A stretch of 64,000 nt of DNA from Eledone cirrhosa (Eukaryota), in the NCBI GenBank assembly GCA_964016885.1, contig OZ024749.1:34720001-34784000 (forward strand). The letters run 5' to 3'. The notes beneath the pieces were generated by a model, which was not told the origin of the DNA, made no database searches, and was given only the letters and a program-made list of their open reading frames with translations. Position 1 is the stretch's first letter. Each line of letters begins with the position of its first letter. This document shows, piece by piece, positions 38,270 to 53,142 of the stretch. The translations under genes were made by a program, and so were the position numbers.

Positions 38270-38657
38270 CTATCATTATTGTTTCGCACAAATGAATTGG
38301 AATTTTTGTCTTTATGTTTGGGTCACAACTAGTTTCTTTAGAACTCAAGGACCTTTCTGAAGATTCTTGCTGTATACCCAATAAGGTAGACTTTAGATCA
38401 ACAATACATTCTTTCTATTGTCTTGGTAATAGTCCTTAATGCATCATTCATAAAGCCGGTTACTTTTGCAGAGACATTCCACAATCTCTTTATTTTCCTA
38501 GTAATATTCTGATACTTTTCGATCTTTTCCTGTTCCTACTTGGACAGGTTCATATTAGCAGAGATAGTTATGTCAACAGTTATACATACCTTTGACACTT
38601 TGTCTATAATAACTATGAAAGGTCTTCTAGCTTGTATTTTGTGGTCTGTTATAGGGG
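38270..38657 (-). mobile_element. 3' relic of an R4/Dong-like RLE retrotransposon
   Basis: Translation PITDHKIQARRPFIVIIDKVSKVCITVDITISANMNLSK*EQEKIEKYQNITRKIKRLWNV, then ..ARIFRKVLEF* and a TAA-rich tail. Confidence 0.8.
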
Positions 38658-39340
38658 TTTTTTTTCTCCGAAGCTTTTCCCTTGGTAATGGATGGTTAAT
38701 CTGAAAGATTTTGTGAATAATAAGTTGCTAAGGTAACTTTCAATCACTTGTCCTTTCTTTTATTTTGCTTTCTCTCTCAGTTCCCTTCTGATTTACCTTG
38801 GCAATATAACCCACTTACAAATGGACTATTTAGTTTCATTGTTATTTTTATTTATCATTAAGGGTGGCGGATTGGAAGTATTGGTAGAGCATCGGACATG
38901 TTTTGTGGCAAAACAAAAAGCACCCAGTCCACACTGTAAATGTGGTTGGCATTGGGAAGGGCATCTAGCTGTAGAAACCAAACTAGAAACAGTTCTGTAT
39001 GAACAAGACATCGTCACCTCACCTAACTTGCCTCAAATGAGACAACCCGTCTAACTTATGCTAGCATGAAAACTAGTCATTAAACAATGATGATGATGAT
39101 GATGATTGCTGCTGCTGGTGTTGTTATTACTATTGTTATTGCTGTTGTTATTACCCAGTGATAAAATTCTCTCCCAATCTCACTCTCCAACACAATGTGT
39201 ATCAAGCCATGTATTACATGACGTCAATGGTGACATCACAATACAACAATATCTAACTTACATCTGGTGAAATAGTAGAGAGCTGGGTGGTAGTTAAACG
39301 GAGTGTGTGTCTATGGTGTATGGTATAGCTGTTGGGATAT

Positions 39341-39807
39341 AGGCACATGGTTTAGTGGTTAGAGCATTGGCCTTGCAATCAAAAGGTTGTGAGTTCAATT
39401 CTCAGACCGGGTGATGTGTTGTTTCCTTGAGCAAGACACTTTATTTCACATTGCTCCAGTTTACTCAGCTGTAGAAATTAGATGATAGGGACTGGGGTCC
39501 ATATCATTCCACTGCAAAGTGGTCGTGGAGGTGCCACGGCAAAAAAGCACCCAGCCCACACTGTAAAGTGGACATGTAGGTGCCATGGAAAAAAAGCATC
39601 CAGCACTCACTGTAAATGAGGTTCCTTCAACTGACATTTCTTGGCACTTCTTCACCCACCAGTCATCCTCCATGCGCATCACATGTTCATACCATCGCAG
39701 TCTCCTCTCAGCTGTAGAAAAGAAATCAAGCCAGAATCAGTTCCCGTCCCACCCTTGCAAGCAGGGAAAAGTGGACATAAAATGATGATGATGAAAATGA
39801 TGATGAT
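39341..39807 (+). mobile_element. Full-length CORE-type SINE with an antisense RTE insert (39622-39709)
   Basis: Matches 10073-10404 except that GGTGTTAGGAAGGGCATC is replaced by ~88 nt homologous to 45490-45578. Confidence 0.85.
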
Positions 39808-39811
39808 ATAC

Positions 39812-39897
<86 letters not shown>

Positions 39898-39938
39898 ATA
39901 TATATATTATATGTATAGATATGTATATATATATATGC

Positions 39939-39978
<40 letters not shown>

Positions 39979-40047
39979 ATAATAAATGTGAAGACTAAAA
40001 TCTTTGCTTTAAACTTTAATTTGTTCTTATAATAAATATATATATAT

Positions 40048-40454
40048 ACGCCTTACCTAAATACATAGTAAAACCTACTACAGCCAGTAGGCATCTCTAA
40101 CAAAATACACCCCGTCCCACCACCCCCACCCCATCCACACCACCCCGTTCTATGTAAAGTTATGTTGGTGCCGCGCCATCCAGGCCGAAACAAATTAGAT
40201 CGTGTAGGTGTCACGACAAAAAAACACACAGTCCACGCTGTAATGTGGCCGTGTAGGCAACACGGTAAAAACCTCCCAGACCCACACTGTAAATGTGGTT
40301 GGTGTTAGGAAGGGCATCCAACTGTAGAAAACCTGCCAGACAGTCCTATGCGAGCAAGAAAATCACTCTTGCCTCAAGTGGGACTACCCCCGTCCAAACC
40401 CATGCAAGCGTGGAACACGGACGTTAAACGTTGATGATGATGATGATGATGATG
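40048..40454 (+). mobile_element. RTE family B 3' UTR copy
   Basis: Reverse complement of 28017-28536, without the internal duplication. Confidence 0.85.
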
Positions 40455-40456
40455 AC

Positions 40457-40489
<33 letters not shown>

Positions 40490-41756
40490 ATGGTTTCTTA
40501 TATAGACACAAGGCCAGCAAATTTGGGGGGAGGGGAAAGTCGATTAAATCGACCCCAGTGCGTGACTGGTATCTTATTTTATCGACCCGGTTAGGATGAA
40601 AGGTAAAGTTAACCTCGGCGGGATTTGAACTCAGATCATAAAGGGCCGTAACTCTATGCTACAAAGCATGTTGTCCGACTCCCTACCGATATAATGATTG
40701 CATGTGAGTAGACATTACTGCTGTGCCAAGTGGTGGTCATGAGTGGAAAGGTGGAGTGCCTGGAAATATTTAGCTCAAGATATCCAGTGTTTGCATTTGT
40801 GTGTGTGCATGCATGGCTATGAGTGCGTGTGTATGGGAATGTGTATGTTTGTGTGTATATATGTGTGCCTGAGTCTGTGTGTCTTAAATATGACATGTTC
40901 AGTAGAGATTTATAACTGTAGTTAAAAGTAATCAAAATAATCTTAATCTGTCAAATTACTTCTTACACCAACTGCTGCTACTTGAGGTAATTTATCCAAC
41001 ATACACACCTCATCTAGCTTTTCTCTTACTCCAGTCATCAGTTACCAGCATTCCTCCTTAACTATGTGCTGAGTGTGTGTGTTGCATGTGTTGTATATGT
41101 GTGTTGTGTGTATGTGTGCTGTGTGTGTGTTATATATGTATGTTGTGTATGTGAATATTGTGTATGTGTGTTAAGTGTGTTTGACCTTTGTCAATTCCTA
41201 CGAGGAATGTTCCAATTTTTCGAACAACAGAAGAATCTGCTCATGACAGTAAAGTGCAAGTGGCTGAGCATTCCATATGATACACTAAAGGAGATTCAGC
41301 ATGGCACAATATACAAGGTTGACACTTTGAATTACAGGTAGAAACAACTCAATTTTGCCAGCTGGGTGGACTAGAGCAGTGTGAAATAAAGTGTCTTGCT
41401 CAAGGATATAATGCACCATTGGGAATAGAACTCACAACCATATTATTGTGATCCAAACATCCTAACCACTAAGCCATCTACTTTCTCTGCTTCTTTACTA
41501 AATTGTTGCTTTCTGACATTGATTGATATTTTAAAACCCTCATGCTTCCAGAAATTCGCCAAAACTACACCTGATGTACCCCTTCCATACACATGCACAC
41601 GTGTATATCATGACTCTGTTCATTTTGCTGACGTTTGTACATTACCCTATGTACTATACATACACTTTTTGATGAGTTGTAGTGCACCTGAGCACTGTAC
41701 ACAATATTTTCATTATTATTATTATTTACTTCCCAATTCTCAGTATTATGTTCATC

Positions 41757-42388
41757 CAGGTGACTAGCTAAAGACACTTCTGTTTCACCAGGTAATACAG
41801 GTAACTAGCTAAAGACACTACTGTTTCACCAGGTAACTAGCTAAAGACACTTCTGTTTCACCAGATAATACAGGTAACTAGCTAAAGACACTACTGTTTC
41901 ACCAGGTGACTAGCTAAAGACACTACTGTTTCACCAGGTAGCTAGCTAAAGACACTACTGTTTCACCAGGTGACTAGCTAAAGCCACTACTGTTTCACCA
42001 GGTAATACAGGTAACTAGTTAAAGACATTACTGTTTCACCAGGTAATACAGGTAACTAGCTAAAGACACTACTGTTTCACCAGGTGACTAGCTAAAGACA
42101 CTACTGTTTCACCAGGTAACTAGCTAAAGGCACTACTGTTTCACCAAGTAACTAGCTAAAGACACTTCTGTTTCAACAGGTGACTAGCTAAAGACACTAC
42201 TGTTTCACCAGGTGACTAGCTAAAGACACTTCTGTTTCACCAGTTAATACAGGTAACTAGCTAAAGACACTTCTGTTTCACCAAGTAATCCAGGTGACTA
42301 GCTAAAGACACTTCTGTTTCACTAGGTAATACAGGTAACTAGCTAAAGACACTACTGTTTCACCAGGTAATACAGGTGACTAGCTAAA
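41757..42388. repeat. Minisatellite: 32-bp unit with an optional 9-bp module, ~17 units
   Basis: CAGGT(G/A)ACTAGCTAAAGACACT(A/T)CTGTTTCAC with or without CAGGTAATA. Confidence 0.95.
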
Positions 42389-42414
42389 CACATTCATGCT
42401 ACACTATTAAGTTT

Positions 42415-42542
42415 TTATTACTGTGGTACCAACACTGTCATCTGACAGTGTATACTGGGTACTTATTACTGTGGTACCAACACTATCATCTGACAGTGTA
42501 TACTGGGTACTTATTACTGTGGTACCAACACTATCATCTGAC
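42415..42542. repeat. 48-bp tandem repeat, ~2.7 copies
   Basis: TTATTACTGTGGTACCAACACT... at 42415, 42463 and 42511. Confidence 0.9.
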
Positions 42543-43009
42543 GGGGGTAGATAAGGATGTTTTTATCATTGCACTAACAGGACAACTTCACAGATTGGGC
42601 TGGGTGTATTTATGATGGCACCAGCACTACCTCATTACAACACCTGGGTGTTTACTTTGTCCTCAACCAGTTCCAGCAGACACTTGAGCGGTTCTCTGAT
42701 AAACACCCTTCAATCCATAATACTCACTGGCCATATTCCAGACTAATCCCACCCCATCTTTTGTCCCTTCCCTTATTCTTCACTAAGCTCACCATTGTTA
42801 TTCCATTCTAATATTTAGGAGAGAAGACAATTCTATGTTCTCTAAGAGACCAATGTGACCAGCATCAGTTTGAGCTGAGTTATAAACTTTCAGAAGTCAA
42901 TAAGAATTAGTTTTCTTATTGCTCACCATTCTATTCATCTGATGTTAAAAATAGCGACAGATGGACAGACAGACAGACAGACATGATACTCACATCCATC
43001 CATCATCCA

Positions 43010-43465
43010 TTCATACATACATGTATACATACACACATGCATACATATATACATGTACATACATACAGATACATGTACATACATACATATATGTACATAC
43101 ATACAGATACATGTACATACATACATATATGTACATACATACAGATACATGTACATACATACATATATGTACATACATACATATATGTACATACATACAT
43201 ATATGTACATACATACATATATGTACATACATACAGATACATGTACATACATACAGATACATGTACATACATACAGATACATGCATACATACATATATGT
43301 ACATACATACAGATACATGTACATACATACAGATACATGCATACATACATATATGTACATACATACAGATACATGTACATACATACAGATACATGCATAC
43401 ATACATACATGTATGTATATATAAATACATTCATACATTCATACATACATATATACATACATGCA
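43010..43465. repeat. Higher-order (ATAC)n-derived microsatellite
   Basis: Alternating ATGTACATACATACAT and ...ACAGATAC modules. Confidence 0.9.
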
Positions 43466-43880
43466 TGATTATATAAACATATATCCAGAGATGTATAAAT
43501 ACATACATAAATACACACATACACATATATATATATAGTTTTTTGTTAATGTATGTACACAAGTCTGTGTGTGTGTGTGTGTGTATATGTATGTGTGTGT
43601 ATGTGTATGTATGTATGCAACATATTGTTCTCAGTAAGAAAGTAAAGTTATTTATCACAAGTCAGATGCAATTGTCACATGTTATTGTCTAATGACCTAA
43701 TTCTTCTTTCTCTGTTGATTCCTTCCAGTAAACAACCAGCAATTATTGTCTGTGTTCCTTAAATGCTAAGGCATGAGGGTCATAGGGGACAAATTCCATG
43801 TCACTTGTTATAGAATTAGAAGGATGAAACTTCTTTTAGAATTACATATGGCTGAATATATATAAATATGTATGTATATA

Positions 43881-44073
43881 TATCATCATCATCATCATCA
43901 TTTTACATCCGCTTTTCCCTGCTTGCAAGGGTGGGATGGGTCCTATTCAGCACAGCATCTCTCCACTTGTCACGGTCCTTTGTCATCTCCTCCGTGAGCT
44001 TCAGCAATCTGAGGTCTGCTCTCACCACCTCTGCCGATGTTTTTCGTGGTCTTTCTCTACTGCGTCTTCCTTC
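43881..44073 (-). mobile_element. RTE LINE (family A) extreme 3' end
   Basis: Near-identical to 45320-45495. Confidence 0.85.
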
Positions 44074-44147
44074 TCATTTGACAGCTGTTAGATGATTGTG
44101 ATGATTATATTTATGTATATGCATATGTATATGTGTATATATGTATG

Positions 44148-44229
<82 letters not shown>

Positions 44230-44317
44230 CCAGAATCAGTTCCCGTCCCACCCTTGCAAGCAGGGAAAAGTGGACGTAAAATGAAATGATGATGAAATGA
44301 TATATATATATATACAT

Positions 44318-44375
<58 letters not shown>

Positions 44376-45049
44376 GCATAGCTATCTATCCTTATATGTG
44401 TGTGTGTGGGGGTTTTTTTGTCTCCAGGGTTATCTTACCCGATTCATGAAAGTATTATCAATAATTATCAATTGTTATTATAGTTATCTGCAATGGGGTG
44501 ACTATATTTTCAAATTTCAAATTTTGCAATGCTTTGTAAGTCAACCAAATCTTAATTAGAAAATAAATAGATTTTATCTGTAAGATTTATGTGTGAAACT
44601 CTGAGTTTTCCAGAAAGGTAGAGCAGGGTGGAGAAAGTAGTTGGCAGTGACATGAAAAGGATTTGACAGATCCTCTAGAGGCCACAGGGGTTAGCCTCAA
44701 TATATCAATCACCATTCACCCGGAGACCCTAACATATTAACTTGGGAGCTCATTGTACTTTGATGGTACCTTTTAAAATATCCTCATCATTATCAGCAGC
44801 ATTGTCATTACCATCATGACCAGCATCATCACCACTTCCACCAACATCATCACCAACACCATCACTACCACCATCAGCATCATCACCATCACCATTCCCA
44901 CCATCATTGTCCCCACTGTGGTTGTTGTTTACATCAATGTGTTAGAAAATATGTCATGGTTGATATTTCTAACAGAATAGAAATATGAACCAATGTATGG
45001 CATTAATTCCATAATATCAGTGTTGATTTGGTTAGATTATCAAACTCAA

Positions 45050-45200
45050 ATAAATCAGAATAAACTAGAGTAAATCAGATTATTCTAGAGTACACTCTAT
45101 TAAACTAGATTAAACCAGAGTAAACTAGAATAAATTAGAGTAAACCAGATTAAACAAGATTAATCCAGATTAAACCAGAGTAAACTAGAGTAAACCAGAC
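45050..45200. repeat. 10-bp minisatellite TAAAC(T/C)AGA(G/T)
   Basis: Read directly from the sequence; about 14 units. Confidence 0.85.
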
Positions 45201-45274
45201 ACTACCCACCATTATATGAATCCTTTCATTACTATATATCTAATGAAAGACTTCCTATTATTTTCAATTACTGT

Positions 45275-45306
<32 letters not shown>

Positions 45307-47062
45307 TATCATCACCATTATCATTTTACATCTGCTTTTCCCTGCTTGCAAGAGTGGGGCGGGTCCTATTCAGCACAGCATCTCTCCACTTGTCATGCTC
45401 CTTCGTCATTTCCACCGTGAGCTTCAGTGATCTGAGGTCTGCTCTCACCACCTCCGCCCATGTTTTTCGTGGTCTACTTCTACTACGGCTTCTTTCAATT
45501 GGCATTTCTTGGCACTTCTTCACCCACCGGTCATCCTCCATGTGCATCACATGTCTATACCATCTCAGTCTCCTCTCCCGCACGCTACAATCTATCCCTC
45601 TCAGACAGTTTCTCTCTCAACACATCCATGCTCAGTTGTTCATGCACATTGACATTTCACATCCACCGGAGTATGTTTGCCTCATTTCTCTCCAGCCGTC
45701 GCATATCCTCTGCAGTTGCTGCCCATGTCTCACTACCATGCAGCATCGCGCTCCTCACAAAGGCATCATATAACCGGCCTTTTGTAGACAGGGAGAAACC
45801 CTTCTTCGTCAGCAGAGGAAGCAGGTCCCTAAACTTCTTCCGACCCGTCCTTATTCTAGATTCTATGGCCTCGGAACACCCCCTCCCATGCTAATCTGAT
45901 CACCTAGGTACCGGAATCTATCAACCACTTCTATAGCACCCACCTGCATTTGAAAAATGTGTCTATCAATGCGACTTCTACTATCAAATTTCCCTGTACA
46001 TCTCTGCATACGTATTTCTCCCTACCTGTTAGTTTGCCTGCTATCCCACTACATCTCTTGTGACCAAAGATCTGCATTGAGTACATTTTATAGAATTTAT
46101 GCCAGCTTCTTTTCTGCATAACGAACATGGCCATTTCCCTGATGGAATCAAAGTTTTGTCCTCTTTTCTACTCATCAACACTTTTGTCTTAGCTAGTTCA
46201 CTCTCAGTTTTGTTGATTCCAACTGCTGTTTCCAAAGCCAGAATTTATTCTCTAGCTCCTCTACTGATTCTGCTATAAGAACCAGATCATCAGCATAGAG
46301 AAGTTCCCATGGACAGCCAGTTTAAACTCCTCTGTTATGGCTTGGAGGACTATAATGAACAAGAGTGGCCTGAGGACTGAACCCTGATGTACTCCTACTT
46401 GTATCTGGAATTCCTCATTAAACTTTATTCCTACCCTCACTTTACTGACAGTACCTCAGTACAAAGTTTGCACTGTCCTCACAAGCCATTCCGCAACACC
46501 TAGTTTCCTTAGGGACCACCAGATGACAGATCGGGGTACCCTATCAAAGGCCTTCTCTAGGTCAACAAAAGCTAAGTATAGTGGCTTATTCTTCTTTTTC
46601 GTCATACAAATTTGTATTTTAGTGAAAAGTCTTTTAGCTTCCAGACCTTTCTTCTACACACCTTCCTGTATGTCTCATTCCGTCTCTTGCTTACTGAGAT
46701 ATCACTAATGACTAACCAATGCTGTGGGGTACATTCTTCCCCAGGGTATGCCTTGGTATTTGACACCATCTGCCTGTCCTGCTGCCTAACTAGCAAGAAG
46801 TCAATCTGGCTTATGTGCTCGCCTGATTTGTAGGTTATTAGGTGGTTGGCAGGTTTCTGAAAGTTAGTGTTGCAAATGGTTAGTGCACTTGCATCACAAA
46901 ATTCAAGAAGTCTCACTCCTTCTTCATTTCTTGAGCCGTAACCATGCCCACCATGTACCCCAGTGTAACCATCCTGGAGCTGCCCAACATGACCATTGAA
47001 GTCCCCTGCTAGCATAACGATGTCTCCGTCCTCTGTCATTGTGGCTGTTTGTAAATCACCCG
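45275..47062 (-). mobile_element. RTE-clade LINE (family A): 5'-truncated, internally deleted, frameshifted
   Basis: APE endonuclease (AGDFNGHVG, NEEGVRLLEFC, SQIDFLL) joined at ~46600 to RT (FVDLEKAFDRV, GVHQGSVL, LLYADDLVL); C-terminal RRLRWY.HV, RPRKTW; (ATG)n tail. Confidence 0.95.
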
Positions 47063-47760
47063 CATATAAGCTGAAAATATGACAAAAAAATCGAATTTGT
47101 AATTGATTGAATAAACTGACCAACTGTTTGGAGCTGTGCACTTTATAGAAATAAAGTGACTTGATCTGAAACTGTGTAAATGGAAGAGCAATTTTGCCAT
47201 TCAAAAAACACACCAAAATTTAACTTCACTTTACATTTATCATTATTTTCTCTTTTATTCATTGTTGCATAAAAATATAATAACAATATGCTTACAGAAC
47301 GAAAACACAAACATATATAATATATACAAATATAAATGCAAAAAGAGAAATAAAACATAAAGAAAGGAAAAAAAAAATCATTTATATCTTGATGTCAAAC
47401 ATTTTTGTGGCTCCTTCTTTGATACAGTTCCACTGTAACTGATTTGAAATTTGGTTACTGGTCATTTTTTAATGGCAATCAAGGTTTATTTGTTGTGGCC
47501 TGGTCAGTAACACAGTTCATGGGTGGAGCTGTGTCAGTGACCAAGTCACAAACAGTGTGATAAATATATTGACACCAGGAAATAAATGATAAATGCAAAG
47601 TGAAGTTAACAGTTTTTGTGTGTTTTTAAATGTTTAAAATAATTCTTCCAAGTCGTAAACTATTCTACATATTATAAGAACTCTTTCTCTCTCTCTCTTT
47701 CAATTTTTTCTTCCTCTTCCGTTTACACACTCCAGTGCACACAGGATGTCTTTAATTCCT

Positions 47761-47804
<44 letters not shown>

Positions 47805-48986
47805 AACCATTCCCTTACACTATTCTCTTTATCTCACATTCTGTTTTGTCTCTCTCTCAATCTTGATTTGTTAATCCCTAATCCAACCCACCAAAAAAAA
47901 AAAAAAGAAACCAAACCACTTCAACTAAATATAAGATATAAAACAAGTATGCAGAAACCCATTGCATATGTGTGTATGTGTGTCTATCCCATAACATAGT
48001 GGCTAAAAAAAAAAAAGAGATTGAAAAAATATCTACCAGATTTGAAAAGATAAATACTTGTTTCTACTTTAGGCACAAGGCCAACAATTACCCAGTGCAT
48101 TACTGGTACTTTATTTTATCGACCCCATAAGGATGAAAGGCAAAGTCAACCTCGGCGGGATTTGAACTCAGATCGTAAAGGGACGTAACTATGCTTGAAA
48201 GCATGGCGTCACCCTCTACCGATACTGCCAATCCACCAAATACTGGTGTCAAGACAGTAGTGTCTTAGTTTGGTCTCAGTCGAATTAATGAAGCCATAAA
48301 AAGAATATTAGAATTCACGTAGTTCGTGAAATATTCATTTCCCATTTACAAATTAATTTAATTATTCCATCCACCAAACAGTTCCTAACCTGCAATTTAC
48401 GACCCCTTGAGGGTTTGTAATGGCAGTACTGCGGGGCCATAGCAAGGTTCAAAATGTTGTCTGCTTTTATAAAAAATTATATATACACACTATTGTGTAT
48501 CCATTCTTCTCTAAATATAACAATTTCTCTCTCTTTGGTTGTTATTCTCACAGTATAACAATTTCAAGTACTTTATTATAAACATAATACACGCATTATT
48601 CAGTATCTATTCTTCTCTAGCTGTAACTGTTTCTCTCTTTCAATTGCTATTCTTACTCTATATCAATCTGGGAGTAATTGTAGTGGGTGTTGTTCCATGG
48701 GAAAATTCATTTAACTCTCTTGATACTAAACTGACTGAAACCACCCCTAATTCTACCATACAATGTCTGTGGTGATTAAATTTATCTAAAATCCTTTTGT
48801 CATAATTTCAAGTAAGAACTTTTTTTAAGTTATAATCCAACAACCAGATAAATTATGAGAAGTTCATTTCTGATGAATTTCAAAATGATTTGTAAATCAT
48901 AGACAGTGGTTTTCATAAGATATTATGATAAAAGGGTTAAATAAAAGTTTTGGGAACCACAAGCATAGAAAATGGACATTAAACAG

Positions 48987-49029
<43 letters not shown>

Positions 49030-49708
49030 ACTCATCAAATAATATCTAAAATTTGAATTTTTCTCTAAAACAGTGCTTCCAGCTGACTTATTAACTTCAT
49101 ATAAATATTTCTTCTTTCAAACAATTTCATCACCAAAGCTGTACAAACTCAAATCACTTCCCTCCCCCTACCTAATATATTAAATATCAATAACTAAAGC
49201 ACTAAGTTATCGTTGTCAATCCCAATAGGTTATACCACTGGGTTATATATGATATTTGATATCAGCTTAAAGATGCTTTCAACATTCCATTTTGTTAATG
49301 TTACCCTGATACAAGTAGGCCAGATACACTTTAGTGTGTAGTGGGTATACTGTGAAGGAATGTGGCTTAATGGTTAAGATGTTCGGCTCATGATTGTAAG
49401 GTTGTTTATTCAATTCCTGGTAGAGCATTGTGTTCTTGAGCAAGACACTTTATTTCACATTGCTCAAGTCTACTCAGCTAGTAACAAATAGTTGTAGCTG
49501 TAATTCGAAGAGACAACTTTGTCACTCAATGTGTCATGCTCAATCTCCCTGAGAAGTGTGTTAAAGAGTATGCATATCTGTGGAATGCTTAGCCACTTGC
49601 ACATTAGTTTCATAAGCTGGCAGCTCTGATGTTCGAACAACTGAAACAATGAACATGAGAACTGATAGAGGTCCAACATATACACATATATATTGAGATG
49701 AGTATTAA

Positions 49709-49919
49709 CCCTTTAGCATTTACATTACTCTATTGTATTTTGTCATAAAGGCTTTATCTCATATAAATATCTCACATGATATTGAATCTATGAGATTTTG
49801 ATATTATTTATTTTGAGAGCAATACCTTAACGTCAGTATGAGTAGCCAGTTAGAGCTGATTTGAACAAAAAGAGGTGAGAGAATTCTGGCCAGTTATGGC
49901 CGGTTTAAATGCTAAAGGG
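49709..49919 (-). mobile_element. piggyBac-type MITE
   Basis: TTAA CCCTTTAGCATTTA ... TAAATGCTAAAGGG TTAA. Confidence 0.9.
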
Positions 49920-50738
49920 TTAAGTTGGTGTTAGAAACATCACTTAACAAAGGCTCTTAAATAAAATTATGATGAAAGTTTTTTTAGATAAATACAAACG
50001 CGTTAAAATAAACGGCTCTGTATCATAGAAACAGGGACGCTTTCAGGTGGTTTTGTGTCAAAAGTGTGAAATCATTTCAATAAACAATATAGAGAGATAT
50101 AAAAAACTTCAATCAATACTTTAATATTGAGTGGAAGTGAATGAAAGAGGACAGATTAAAGAAAGTTTGATCAATAAATAGTGAAATGGTGAAATAATGT
50201 AATCCTGTCTTATCAAGTATAGTATATTACTGCATTATTGTTCATGGCTTCATAGTATCACACATCTGCTCCATTCATTGAGCATGCCCACATATATTTG
50301 TTGGAAAAATATTTGCAAATGTGCATGGGAACCTATATGTGTGTGTGTGTGTAGATATATGTGTGTATATGTGTATACATAAATAAGACCGTTATTGCTT
50401 CAATCAGTCAACAAACACTCGGCAAACACCCTAAACTAAATGCCAACCTGTCCCCATGATTCTTGCCTAACCAAACCATACTCACCCTCCAAATTCGGCA
50501 AATCAATCGCATACCACCCATCTTCCCAAACTCAGCATACATAAGCAGGCCACAACAGCCACCGAATGGGGAAGACCAAATGTCAAGCTGCAGCTGTTAA
50601 ATTACATAGTTTCTATATAATAAAACCACAAAGACTATTCTGTGTGAGTATGTGTAAGTATGTGTGTATATATGTGGATGTATATGTGTGTACATTCTGT
50701 AGATGCAAACATTTGTGTAAACATCTCTTCTCCTTTAA

Positions 50739-50959
50739 CCCTTTAGCATTTAAACTGGCTGAATCCAGCCAGAACTCTCTCACCTTTTACTGTTCAAACT
50801 GGCCATAACTGGCTGCTCATACTGTCGTTAAGGTATTGTTCTCAAAATAAATAATATCAAAATCTCATAGATTTGATATTATGTGAGATAATTATGTGAG
50901 GTAAAGCCTTTACCGGGAAAATATAATAGTATATATAGAGTAATGTAAATGGTAAAGGG
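50739..50959 (+). mobile_element. piggyBac-type MITE
   Basis: TTAA flanks and the family TIRs. Confidence 0.9.
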
Positions 50960-53142
50960 TTAAAAGAAGCCCACCATTGGTGGTCATGTAATGAAATCTA
51001 TATTATTACTGAATTCAATGTAAATATCATAGTATGGTGACCACATCTGATAGTGTATGTGATGATGGGTGTTGCACGTCTGTTGTTTCTGATTATGAGT
51101 ATTCCAGTTGTTCAAATGACAGAACAACTGCATGTGGCTGAACATTCCACGGACATGTGCACCCTTAATCCAGTTCTCAAAGTGGTTCAGTATAGCACAC
51201 TGGATGACATTGCTATCCCTTTGCATTACAGGTACAACTCATTTTTTGCAGCTGAGTGGCCTGGAGAAATGTGAAATAAAGTATCTTGCTCAAGGTCACA
51301 ATGCACCACTGGGAATCAAACTCATGGCCTTACAATTCTAAGTTGAGCATTCTACCCACTAAGCCACATACCTTGATATACACCACTGCTGATACAGTAA
51401 AGAACTAACACAATCAGTTAGTTACAGTGTAAACTAGAAATGTTCATCTTTAATTAAAAACAAATTCAAAGGTTGATTATAAAAATAATCAAGAATTTGA
51501 GGAGATTTTGTAAAATAAATAGCTTTCTCATTATCAAGCTGGTGTTTGGAACATAACTTAACAAAGGTTCTTACATAAAAACTATGTTGGATGATGTTAG
51601 ATAAATATAAATACTTTAATTCCTTTGTTACAAAATTTCTTATGAAAGTCACTGCCTATGGTTTCCAAATAATTTTGAGAATAATCATGAATTTGGGGGG
51701 ATATAGTGATATAACTAACGTTCTCATTATCAAGCTGGTGTCTGAGACCGGGACATAACAAAGGTTCTTACATAAAATTATGATGGACCATGTAGAGGTT
51801 TCCTTGTTCACTCTATAAACGCTTTTATGACTATATTTCTAATGAAATAAACTCTACTTGAATTAATTAGCGAACAATTTTGAGTGATTTACTTAAATTT
51901 TTAATCATTTCATTACTAAGATAGTAACTTAGCATATGGTTCATCAATATCATCATCATGGTAGTCTTTATGTCCATTTTCCTACATTTCCATGGGCTGG
52001 ACAGGTTCTTTTTAGCAGAATATCTCTCCACTCGCCATCTCCTCTGTGTGTCTCAGCAATTTGAGATCAGCTCTGACCACCTCTACCCAGGTCTTTCTTG
52101 GCCTACTTCTATTGAAGCTTCCTTCCACTGGGATTTCCTATAAAATGATGTTGGAAGATCTTAATTTAAATAGGAACCCTTTAAAATGTGTGGCTTTTTT
52201 TCCATAAAACCAGAGCTGATTATGCCTGGGTTGGTATTTAAAAGCTTAAGCTGGTATTTAGATTATATCCTAAGTTCTTGCATGAGATTACTATGACAAA
52301 GGTTTTGAGGAAATTTGACTGTTATTTCCTGCTAGTTTCAATGACCACATAGAGGTTCCTTTGTCAACTTGATCAAAAGATTAAGGATAGGTTACAAGGT
52401 CTTTGTTTTTCATAGAAACAATGCAACAATTGCACACTTGTTATGACTAAGTTGCATGTGGATGGTGACTGCACAGGAGTGACATCATCTCTGTAGTAGA
52501 AGTGGTTTGATGTGACACGAAGGGTTAAAGATGGGGTAAAGGGGTGACAACATCTCTATAGTAGAGGTGGTTTGGTGTGATAGTAAGTATGTCATAGATG
52601 TAGAGAACAAAAATTGAGAGCACCCAGTACACCCTGTAAAATGTTAGTGTTGGGGCCATGATAAAATGCACCGAGTATGCCTTGTAAAGTGGTGGTGCTA
52701 GTTCCATGATAAGATACACTCAGTACACTCTGTGAGGTGGCTGGAATTAGGAAGGGCATCAAGCTATAGAAACCATGCCAACGTACACAAATTTAACCCT
52801 TCTGTATATGTCCAGTTTAGTGGCTGATGACCATGGAGTTTTGTATTTGTTACTAATATTAAATTATCTTCCATGACACGAGACTATCCTCCTCTTCTTT
52901 TGTTAAGTTACACACACTCACGCAGACACTCATGCAGACATACACACACACAGACACACATGTATGTGTACATATTTGAAAGAGAGAGCTTCTTGTTACT
53001 GTGTAGTATCACCTTGGCTTACAAGAAAGCGACGACAAAATCAACATGGTGTTTGTGACATAATACTGGGTATTTTGTTAGCAATCCTGGTATTTGGACA
53101 GGGTACAAAGTTCACATGAAGACTATATTCAAAACTACACCT

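Noticed and set aside
34135-42542. CRISPR-like appearance of the regular arrays
   Set aside because: These are head-to-tail units with no unique spacers, no cas genes and a eukaryotic context.
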